Source of the DNA: Podarcis melisellensis
Lineage: Eukaryota
DNA: 64,000 nucleotides
Assembly (NCBI GenBank): GCA_964234715.1
Contig: OZ174277.1
Direction: 5' to 3' (one strand)
Shown: piece by piece, positions 42,001-54,000 of the stretch
Layout: each line of letters begins with the position of its first letter
How positions within the stretch are numbered: the stretch's first letter is position 1
Program-made: the position numbers and the translations under genes
Notes under the pieces: generated by a model
Database searches by the model: none
What the model saw: only the letters and a program-made list of their open reading frames with translations
Told to the model about the DNA's origin: nothing

Positions 42001-45000
42001 AAAGAAAATGAAATTCTCCAAATGGATCATAAGAATTTGAAAACATTACTGAACAGTTCTAAACTGGAACAAACAAGGCTGGAAGCTGAATTTTCCAAAC
42101 TCAAAGAGCAGTACCAACAGCTGGATATTACGTATACAAAACTGAATAATCAGTGTGAGGTAATGAGTTTGCATTTCTTCAGTAATGTTTTATTATAGCC
42201 CTGTTTATTCATGACAAAAGAGGCTTTTTTAGATTTTCGCAGTAATATGCTTATCTTTATGAGTTTTCGGTAAGGGTTGTAATAGTTGAATTTAGTAATG
42301 TACAGTGGTGCCTCGCAAGACGAAATTAATTCGTTCCGCAAGTCTTTTCGTCTTGCGAGTTTTTGGTCTTGCGAAGCACGGTTTCCCATAGGAATGCATT
42401 AAAAATCAATTAATGCGTTCCTATGGAAACCGCCTTCAGACCAGGTCCGGGGACAGTCTGTCCCCCGACCTCTTCTGAAGGCTGGCGGGGGGCGAAAGTC
42501 TTTGCTTTCCCCCCCGCCTGCCTTCCCGGGACAGCGGAGACTTTTCCGCTGTCCCAGGGTGATCTTAAAATGCTGGCGGGCGGCAGCGAAGGGTTCGCTG
42601 CCGCCCGCCAGCATTTTAAAAGCCCCCGGGACAGCGGAGACTTTGCCGCTGTCCCGGGGCGATCTTAAAATGCTGGCGGGCAGCAACAAAGGCTTCGCTG
42701 CCGCCTGCCAGCATTTTAAAATCGCCCCGGGACAGCGGAGGAATTCAAAAGCCGTCCGGGATAGCGGGAAGCGCTTCCCTGCTATCCCGGACCGCTTTTA
42801 AAATGCTGGCGGTGGGGAGCAAAGCCTTTCGCCCCCGCCGGCCTTCCTGGACCTCTTCTGAAGTCCAGAGGGGGGGAAAAGGCTTTGCTCCCCACCGCCA
42901 GCATTTAAAAGAGGTCCCCGAGATTTCCCTATGGGCTTTCGTCTTGCGATGCAAGCCCATAGGGAAAATCGTCTAGCAAAGCGTCGCAAAAACCGAAAAA
43001 CCCTTTCGTCTTGCGGGTTTTTCGTCTTGCGAGGCATTCGTCTTGTGGGGCACCACTGTATCTTAATAGTTTTGAAGGTGTCTTTGTATCATATTAGGAA
43101 CAAACTTAGGTCTGTCGTTCTGCTTATTCTGGAATTGTTCTAGTGATTTTATTGAGGAATTAGTGGAGATGTTCTGAAAAGTTTCTTTAAGACTGCATGT
43201 ATCCTCTTATATCAATCAACCTAGTGTCTTTGCACTCATTGATATGAAAGCTAAAAGTTTGATTCTCACTCCATAATTCCGAATATTGAATTCATGGTTT
43301 TCTTTCAGTCTGTTTTGTACATAAAGAGAGAATAATTTTTTTGCATTTAAACAAAAGATTAAGATTCAAGGAAGAGATATAAGATATCCTGAAGAGAGCC
43401 AGACGTCTTCTGCTCCCTTTCTTATTGGCTTGAACAGTGGATACATTGGTTAGAAGCTAAAAGGATGCTAGGACCTTAACAGAAGCTACAGATTGCTCTC
43501 CTCAATTGGAAGAAAAGCAATTTACAATTATTTACAAAAACCAGATAATAGAATCATAGAATTGTAGAGTTGGAAGGTACCATGAGGGTCATCTACTCCA
43601 GCGTCCTGCAATGCAGGAATCTTTTACCTATAGCGGAGCTTGAACCCACGACCCCAAGATTTAATAGTTTCGTGCTCTGGTGACTGAACTATTGCTGCCT
43701 CTATCATTTGACTTGTCTTCTTGACTTCATTTTTCTTTTGTACTTTATAAACAGAAAGCTGGGCAGACCTCATACACTAAAATATTGTGTTTTGTACATT
43801 TCAACAGTTGCTTAGCCAGCTAAAAGGAAATTTGGAAGAAGAAAACAGACACCTGTTGGATCAAATACAGACATTAATGCTGCAAAACAGAACATTATTA
43901 GAGCAGAATATGGAAAGCAAAGATCTGTTCCACGTTGAACAAAGGCAGTATATGTGGGTATCAAAAACGGTGAAGTAGTTGCACCCAACAGTTGGATGTT
44001 CAAATAGAAATAAATCATGGAAATGTTAATTGGTGCATTCCATTAACAACAGATGAAAATGTTAATTCGTAGTTGGATTTTAATCAATATTGTTCCTTGT
44101 GAAATAAAGTTTACTGTGGAATGATGTTGAATTATTGTTCCTTAAACTGCTAGAATCAGAAGAGCAGTGGGATTTCTTATGGGAAGTTATAAGCCACCTG
44201 TTTCCTCCTCATGTTGGCAGGTTTTTTTTAAGGAGCAATCCTTCAAGATATTTGTGCTGCAGCATGCATTTGCTGAAGGTATAAAAGGAATGGAGGAATG
44301 CCCCTGTGAGGAAGGATTGTACGATTTGGGGCTGTTTCGAGAAAATGCGAGAAAGATAGACGTTTATAAAATCATGCATGGCATGGGGATAGTGGATAGA
44401 GAAAAGTTTTCCTAGTCTCTGGCCCTTACAGTACCATCTTCCAGATTGTGCTAGGCCTAATGTGGGGTGGAGCGTTTCCATCCTTGGTTTGCAATTCTTT
44501 CCTAGGCACCTGAGATCACATTTCCCCGTGCTTTATAGCAAGCAAGACAACTGGGAAAGCATCTCAGACCACCAGACCTGCAACTGAAATCTAGGTGACT
44601 TAATCCCTGCCTTCCTCCTGCTTTCCTAACCTATCATTCAACCAAACCAGAAGGAACCTTCATGGCAAACGTCCAGTGTTCCCGTCTAAAATAAGGGGAG
44701 AATGACCTTCTGTAATGGAGAGAAGAGAGTGGTGTAGCTCAGTGTTAGAATGCATACAGAAGTTACCAGGTTCAATTCCTAGTTTTCCCAGGTAGGGCTA
44801 GGAGAATCTCCTCTGGATATCCTGGAGAGCTGCTGCCAGTCCTGTGCTACATGGATGTAACGGTCTGATGTTGTATAAGGCAGCTTCCTGTGATCCTTTG
44901 AGTGACATGTGTATAGAAACATCTTGTCATATGCCCAGCACATTATTCTAACACCTTCTCGCATTCTACATAGTGCCCATATTTCCCTAAAAATAAAATA

Positions 45001-48000
45001 TTGTGACTTGAGTTCTGGCAAAATGTTGATGTAAACTGCCCTGATGCAATGCAAACTGCATTTAAACACACATGTCCTAAAAAGTCGCTGAGGCACACTG
45101 ATACAAAGGAAAAACATATTTTAGAAACATACATGCCTTCTAACATGTCAATTACCTTTTGTTCACAGTGACAAGCTAAATGAATTGAGAAGACAAAAAG
45201 AGAAATTGGAAGAAAAGATTATGGATCAGTATAAGTTTTATGAACCATCTCCTCCAAGAAGGTAATGCATGACCACATATTTCTCTCCCTCTTTCTTTGC
45301 CAGAAATGTGCCAGTGTATGTTAGTTAAAGAAATAAACTAATTGTTTTATAATATTTGCAAGAATTTGTTCTAAATATAGCATTCTTCATTTCTCCAAAA
45401 GGAGAGGTAATTGGATTACTCTGAAAATGAGGAAACTGATAAAATCAAAGAAGGATATTAACCGAGAACGCCTCAAGTCTCTAACTCTGACACCAACCCG
45501 CTCAGAATCTAGTGAAGGATTTCTTCAGCTGCCACACCAGGACAGTCAAGATAGTTCCTCAGTGGGCTCAAATTCCCTGGAAGATGGTCAGACCGTGGGG
45601 GCTAAGAAAAGCAGCAGTGAGTAAATTGCTTAATTTTTGTAAGGGGTAGTGTGTCATGCAGTACTTCCTGATGCGGTGAAAAGGTTCAAAATACCCTTGG
45701 AGGAAGTTTGCTTAAAAGTATTTTGCTCATGTTCCTGTAGGCTCAAGGATGGAGAATCAAGCTCTACAGCAGAGGAATGCTCTTTAAAGTTTTTTAGGGG
45801 TGCAATATTTACTGACAGTGAAAAATTTGGTCTGAGCTGACTGTAGAGGTGAAATTGGCACCCCTTCTTTACCCATAACCATTGCTCTTTTCTGTACTGT
45901 TTCTTTTCATCCACTTATTACGTTTCTACTCTTGGCGTGTGAAGAGTTCCCTGTAACATGCTTCCTTATCAGCATCTTCATACTGCTGATGAATTGGTTG
46001 TGTGTTTCTGCATGTCTATGGGCATACTGCATGGAAGGGGGACTGTGCTGTATCGATCTGCCTTGCAAAGCTTCAGTGTCATGCATAGCTCTGGTCAGCA
46101 GGTTCTTGAGAGTAGCTGCATCCATTATATATACTCTAGAAGCAAGAGGTCCAGCTGTGTAATAGCTCTTCTTCCACTCCTTTTAACCCGTACCTTTACA
46201 TCACATTCTGCTTTCAATTCACTGGTATGCCAGGCTGTGCTGACACAGGGTGTGTGACACTATATCGTTAACAGCATTTCATTGTACCAACATTGCTTTG
46301 GAATAGAATTTTGAACCTTAAGTAATCATATTATTGTTTTTGAGCGCCATATCAAAGCAAATATTTACAGTGGAATTCAACATGGAATTCAGCATAGCAT
46401 CAAGTGAGATATTTATGTCCACTTGTACTAGAAGCACTGCATGCCCCCTAAACCTGTTCTGGGGGAATCTTGAAAATAAGATCTGTTAGAACAATAAGAC
46501 CGAGTGGCAGACACGGTGTTGTTTTTTAAATGAATGTCTTTGATGTTTTTACATGGTATCAAAATGTGTGTAAACATTCTTCCGTTTGATCAGGCTGGAA
46601 AAGAATCAAACCCCAAATGATGCGTGCTTTGATTATATAGATTTCTGTACAAACATTAGAAATAACGTTCTGCTTCATAGTATGTTTAACTCTTTAGTTG
46701 AGTAATTGTTTTTACAGTTTTTATTCATTACTGATCTACTAATGATTGAAGATTACATTTGCTGTGCGAACTAAAAGAGGAGAGAAACTGCGGTAATTCT
46801 GTGGAAGAGAAGACTTTGACCAGCCTTTGTACTAGCCTAGCGTTTTACATCTTAATTTAGGTCCCATATTAGTTGAGTAGTTGCCTGTCATGATATCTGG
46901 TCCACAATTGCTGTCCTCCTAACTACAAAGATTTTTACTTTCACAATCTAGAAGATTGTTTGCTCTTAGTGATCTAGAGTAATCAGCATGTGTTGTTCAA
47001 TTGCTGCACAGATAATTTCCATTCTGATGGGGATACTTTTAAACATTGCAGCAAATGTCAGGTATATTTGGAGGAGAAAGTGTGGCGATTCCCCCCCCCC
47101 CCCGCCCACCATTAGCATTATCAGGTAGGAAGGCTAGTTAGGTCTGAAGAATTGCTAAGCATTGAAGAATTGCTAAATAGTCTTTAAAAGTATTCCTTAA
47201 ATTATTCCTTTCAAAAGGTTTGTGATCGGCAGGGAATCTTTTTTCTGTCATGAGATAAATCCCCTTGGGAAATCCACTGGGAGCTACATTTCTTTTTCCC
47301 AGATCATCTTCAGTTAATCAGTTTATTCCTCCAAATTTGTATCCTGATGCTCAGTAAATGTGCAGTCATTACGAAAAAATTTCATTGCTCCACCTCCCTC
47401 TTGCACTGGGATCAGTTATGTTCCAGAGATAAAGTAGAATTTCTATTTAAGACCATGGACCCACATGGACCCACATACTATTATATAACTGATTTGTGGG
47501 TTGCAGTTTATGTGTGTGTTCAGTATATTTTCACTGGTAATTATTAGGTAGCGACTGAACTAGAAAATATGTCCAAAATTATTTGTATTTTTCTTTATGA
47601 TGTGTTACTTGTATCTGATCAGCACATAACTTACTTACATTTCCTCACACAGAGAAACCTATCTGATCATTTGTATTTGTGGACCATTTCTTCAGCATCA
47701 GTTTCCATAGAATTTTGTTATGAATAAGAAATATATCATTTGCATATTTTGTGAAAATGTAGGTAATACATTTACATCCAATGGTTTGGGTGCCAGCGAC
47801 ATATTTGCTACAAGATCATGCCTTTACCTTGAGTTAGACCCTTTTCTCTTTAGAAGATATTGTGAAAGCACTCCTGCCAAGGGGAATCAGAGCTGTCCAC
47901 TCATGATGGCTGTCAGCAGTAGCTAATCTATGTGTGGGAGTTACTTCCGTGATGAAGGGACAGGATATCAAAACTGAAGGAGTATTCAATAGATATGAAT

Positions 48001-51000
48001 TTATTTTGACTTGCCCAATATATTTTTTTCTATGTGCTTTTTGCAGTCTTTCTCTTCCCACAATTCTCTTGCAACTTTTTTCAGACAACTCAGATAACCT
48101 TTTTTAATCAAAATATGTATACAAATTTTAAATTCTTCTATTCCACCTCCACAGGGCGCACCATTTCAGTATGTTGCGGCAAAACCAACAGAGTGTTGTG
48201 GCACCTTTTAAAGACTCAGTGATTCATTCCACAATAAGTATTTTATTCTTTATGGTGCCACAAGTCTCTGTTTCCATTTCATTACTTTTTAGACAAAATG
48301 AAAAGGTGAGGTTTTTATCCAAAATTGTGGAGAAAGATTTGAATGTGAGAAAAGTTAACCTTCCATAGTAACACACTTTGATTTGATATTTTACTCTTGT
48401 AAATGATACTTTACTACACATTTCAGGGGAAGCATGGAATATCCATCACATGTTTGTTTCCCTTTATACTGCTGATCCCTGCTGGGCTGATACTTAACTC
48501 CTCTTCAGCCAGCCAGTTTATTGCTTCTAGGTCTAGGACATCTTTGAATGCTTCTATTATCACCGCTCCCAGCCAGTTACCAAAAGTGGGAGCAGGTTTG
48601 GCTGAAGAGGAACCAAAAGCATTTGCAGGGGGTGGGATTGGCATGCACTGGAAGGCTTAACCATATGCACATAGATTATCATATTATACAATGCATTCAT
48701 GCTATCTCTGCAAAGAAGGGTTTTGGAATACATGTTTGTTGAAAACATGTATTTCCACCCGTAGTTGCTACACAAGGTGTCAACTGGTTTAGCAGAGAAG
48801 AACGCCTGTGGCATGCCTTCTAGGACACTGCACTAAGCATGCTGTGGCAATGCTCCTTCACATGTGCACAGCACGCAGATGAGGAAACAGGTCATGTGTA
48901 AGTGAAAATCCGTCTCTTCTCATTCAGCTTGTTTTACTGCAAGTAAACACCATTTATCACGGTGGAACTTATTCATGAATGAACATACATAGATAATACT
49001 GGATGACTCCTTGACTGAGATGAAGGGCTTGTATGTACACTCATGGCTTACATCTTTTGCACTGGATTAGTAATAATGCCACATTGAAATGCAAATGTTT
49101 GCTTTATTACAAGGTCTTCTTGTATAGGGTTTCAACCCTGCCACAAGCAAACATGTGAAAGCTTTCTGTAACATGCAATTTAAAATTCTCACTGCAGTTA
49201 ATACATGTTTGCTTTTTAATGTTCCCGCACTGTCACTGTTCTGTTTGTTTCTTTGTTCTGTCATTTTTCTGTTTGGTGCCTCCCCCCACTTCACACCCCG
49301 TAGCAGTATGGTATGTCATTTAACCAATAATTCTTAATTAAAGCGGTAATCAGTCAGAATATTACAGTATTCTGCACTCCATTCCAATAATTTCTTGATC
49401 ATATGTTCAGATGGTGTGTAAAAGGAGGTAAAGGTTAGATACTGCTGTTCTTGGAAGTTAAATCAACTAAGATGAGTTCACATTAATACAATTTAAAACA
49501 AGTCATTAATGTGAAAAATACAATGACTGCTTGGTCAGCAAGAAATGAAAGTAGTGCTTATTGAAAGATACTTTGATAAACCAAGTGAACTTTTTTTTTT
49601 CCAGTATACCTTTCCATCTCAGGAAACCTGCTTGCTGGTTTTTGACTCCTTGCCCATAATTTTTGTGCCTGGGTTTGGCTTCTTTTTATATCTTTTTTTT
49701 GCTTGGTTTTTAAGACATCCAATAGTTGTGAACTGTGAAAGTTCCTTATATTCCTCAGGCATGGTTTCCAGCGTTTCCTTGGATAGTTCCACAGTGAAGG
49801 CTTCATATCCATTGCCATTCAGCAACATGAGATTAATAGCTTTTAGTAAATAAAGTGCACCTAGCGGAAACTCAAGCATTCATTTCTGTCCTTAGTTTCA
49901 ACATTTAACTTCCATCTGTTCTTCTCCCCTTTTTCTTTCATCTTCCCGTTTCCGTTTTTCCTTATGCTATGACATAAAAGTGGTTGCACTGAAAAGACTG
50001 CCCTTTTTGAGGAACAGACCGAAGGAAAAAGACAAAATGAAGGCCTTCTACCGTCGCTCCATGTGTAAGACTTTATGACAGTTCAGCTTCTTTTTAAATG
50101 GCTACACTGGCTTCTATTACTACTTTCACTAACCTTTCCGTGGACTGCGCTGTTTTTCCTATTTTGCAAAGTGCAGGTCCTGCTATAATACAAGGAGCTG
50201 AAGCAATGTTTCTAAACACCTTGGCACTCACTATACATAACTCTTGGGGTGTATAAAAATGTATATGTATTCATATAATAATAATAATAATAATATAATT
50301 TATTATTTATACCCCGCCCATCTGGCTGGGTTTCCCCAACCACTCTGGGCGGCTTCCAAAAGAATATTAAAATACTGTGATACATCAAACATTAAAAGCT
50401 TCCCTAAACAGGACTGCCTTCAGATGTCTTCTAAAAGTCTGGAGTTGTTGTTCTCTTTGACTTCTGGTGGGAGGGCATTCCACAGGGAGGGTGCCACTAC
50501 CAAGAAGGCCCTCTGCCTGGTTCCCTGTAACTTGGCTTATCGCAGTGAGGGAACCGCCAGAAGGCCCTTGGTGCTGTACCTCAGTGTCCGGGTAGAACGA
50601 TGGGGGTGGAGACACTCCTTCAGGTATACTGGACCGAGGCTGTTTAGGGCTTTAAAGGTCAGCACCAACACTTTGAATTGTGCTTGGAAATGTACTGGGA
50701 GCCAATGTAGGTCTTTCAAGAGCGGTGTTATATGGTCTCGGCAGCCGCTCCCAGTCACCAGTCTGGCTGCTGCGTTCTGGATTAGTTGTAGTTTCCGGGT
50801 CACCTTCAAAGGTAGCCCCACTGCATTGCAGTAGTCCAAGCGGGAGATAACCAGAGCATGCACCACTCTGGCGAGGCAGTCCGCAGGCAGATAGGGTCTC
50901 AGCCTGCATACCAGATGGAGCTGGTACACAGCTGCCCTGGACACAGATTTAACCTGTGCCTCCATGGACAGCTGTGAGTCCAAAATGACTCCCAGGCTGC

Positions 51001-54000
51001 GCACCTGGTCCTTCAGGGGCACAGTTACCCCATTCAGGACCAGGGAATATGCATACATCTATCTACACACACAATGAACACACATTTATAGGTTCAAGTT
51101 CTGGGAATTATATGCACATATATATGTTATGTGTGTGTATTTATAAAGATATAGTGCACTCAATGCATTTGCACATTTTGAATTCCACTCCTAGTAATCA
51201 GTTTTATAAACACCTCAGTACAAATCTAGAAAATCATTTGCTTACAAAATAAATAAACGGTGACCTGTTATTCCTTAGAAATGTTTTACCATTCTTAGTT
51301 GAAGGAGTGGGGTGGGGAAATCAGGTATTCTTTGTCATTTCTTCAGTGAAATGCTCTTGGGAAAGTTGGGAGAGGACACATTTATTTTAAACACTTTCCT
51401 CTATTGTCATGCAATAAATATTATTCCTGCAAAAACCTGCACTGAAGGACCCCTTATCATTGCCAACACTGACTTTGTATTAGCACTTCTGCTCATCTTT
51501 CCCTGTTCATTCCATTTTTCATTGCGAAACATATCAGAGCTTCTAACATATATTTATTTATTGTATAGCACTCCAGCACAAGCATGGCGGTTGTAGCTAA
51601 TAAAAAGCAATAAAATCATCTGTACAAGGAGGCTTTGGCTTTTTAACACTTTTCATTCATTCAGCCAATTGCATGTTTTAACATGTAGAAACTTGTGGAC
51701 TGTAGCTTTCAGTATGCCTTGATGCTTAGGTAAATGAAGCATTTTACAGTACAAAATAAAACTTTTAAAAAACATTGAACCATGCTGATTCATTTGCTTT
51801 CATTTGCATCCCAGCCATGAATGACCTGGTGCAGTCCATGGTCCTAGCAGGAGGACAATGGACAGGTAGTTCTGAGCATCTGGAGGGTCCTGATGATATA
51901 TCTACGGGTAAAAGGAGAAAAGAATTGGGATCTATGGCCTTCTCTACTACATCCATCAACTTTGCAACTGTCAACTCTGCTGCAGGCTTGAGATCCAAGC
52001 AGTTGCTTAATAATAAAGGTATAGGTAGAACCTTTTCACGCTGTGGTGTGGTTGTGTTGGTAACCGTAGCGTTATTGGAAACTGTTTGTGCTCCATATTT
52101 CACATTCTTTTCCAGCAAATAACTGGAATATTTGATTTGCAGACTTGTGGAATATTAGGATGGGGAAACTAGTTGTATTTGTAAACTTTTGTGGGGATCA
52201 ATGAGCCATAAAAAATTTCTTGTGTTTTAGAGATGATAAATTCAAAGGTCTGTTTTTGCAACAAAATTGTGCTTGTTTCCCCTTTAGATGCTACATCTTT
52301 TGAAGATGTAAGTCCACAAGGAATTAGTGATGATTCTAGTACAGGATCAAGAATTCATGGTAAGATTTGTGCTTTAAAGGAGTAGCAGACCTACTACGGA
52401 AATGCTAGTAAAGTTTATCCAGAAATAGAAAATGACCTGCGTTGCAAGTGTGCATGTTTGTACTCTTTCCTTACATCTCATCTCATCTAATTGTATGGGA
52501 ACTTTTCCATTTCTTTCACTCTGATTTCACTCTTAAACAGAACAAACCTATTCAGTATGAAGTGCACCTGAACAGGACCCAAATTTCTCTCCTCTCCATC
52601 AGTCCTGAGTTCAATTGTGAGAACTTTCAGCTTATGAAATCTTCTTTTCAAAATTCATCTTATTAATAAATGTATTTTTCCTCTATCAAATTTTGGCATA
52701 GTTGTAAAATACTTCCGTTAAATTTGAATCACAGTAGTGCAGTTTCTAAAACCCTTTAACACTGCTTCTGCGCCTGCTTTGGTTAGGAGTAAAGAACATT
52801 CCTGAGCAGATGTTCTTTCTCTTCCTGTCGGTGACATTTCTGTAATGTGCAGAGTTCCGTGTCAAAATCTTTTGTAAGTGCCTTAACCGCAACCAGATTT
52901 CTGCATGTTGGTGCCATTTTTCTTTAAAACCTTGGTTATTCCCATCAATAAACCTGATACAATTCAAAACATGTATTTTGTTTCTCTGTTCCTTCTTTTG
53001 CTAACCTGCTCGCTTGTCTAGTGTACTTTCCTAAAGTGCTGACTTGGGCTGCCTGGGGACACCATCTTTTCCCACCTGCGAAAATCCACACTTTGACAGT
53101 GGACATGTTCAGCTTGTGCGATATCAGTAGTGCATGATTTCCTGCCTCAGAGCATTCTGTGATCAGAATGTACTAGGCACAGTGTCATCTGCTATGGTAT
53201 GTGCTTCATGCAATCTACTGGTTTTTTTCCATTTAGCTTCCAGACCAGCCAGCCTTGATAGTGGCAGAACATCCACTAGCAATAGCAATAATAATGCCTC
53301 ACTCCATGAAGTCAAAGGTATGCTTCCAGGCAAATTGACACATCTGCTTCATTCCTCACATTTCCAGGGCAGGGAGGGAGAGAATTCAGGGCATGTTTTC
53401 CTTTCCTTTCATCATTTCATTCCTTTTTAGATGAAGCTCTGGAATAAGGTGGGTCACATGTCTGATGTAGGAAAAGTAAATTAATGCAGGACGTTGCAGA
53501 TATTCATCCACCCATGTAGTGTAGTAGTGTATTCAGATACATGGCAATGCCTTGCAGCTCACATAAAACAAAATATGAATAATGCTTTCAAATCCTTTTT
53601 AGCCTGCAAACAAATGTCATATTAAGACAGAAAAACAACATTTCTAATATAACAGCAAATTACATTCTGGGCAGAAGACACATAGGCCATTTTTACTAAC
53701 CATGTTGTAGTAAACTCATTGCCAGGCAAATGTCTTGGAATAAGACCTCTTGAATCAGATGTGAATCTGTATTCTTTGGTTTTCTTCAAATGAAAGTGCC
53801 ACTTGCCTACAAATTAAGAATAAATACATGGATAGTTCTAGAGAGGAATTAATGCTGTTGTGTTGCAAATGAGTAGAACCAAAGGGACAAATGATAACAC
53901 TCAGCTTTTTCTGGTCATCTGCTTTGAGATACACCTGACAGGATGGTCTGTTTCCTCTTCTGTTGTAAAACAGTTGTATGCAAGGCAAAACTGGAAGATT

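Noticed and set aside
42399-43143. Repeat array and several ORFs that could resemble a CRISPR array or a gene
   Set aside because: Eukaryotic intron, no unique spacers or cas genes; bounded by TIRs and TA duplication, so a MITE. ORFs reflect high GC.
43620-43691. tRNA-Lys-like sequence (also tRNA-like heads near 44731)
   Set aside because: Degenerate and fused to LINE-type tails, so SINE heads rather than tRNA genes.
47145-47176. Short tandem duplications (also near 38617 and 63096) and C/G homopolymer runs
   Set aside because: Ordinary slippage products.
47854-47903. Acceptor-like site in intron 25 giving [17 protein letters not shown]
   Set aside because: No convincing donor or poly(A) signal nearby; weaker than the reported candidates.
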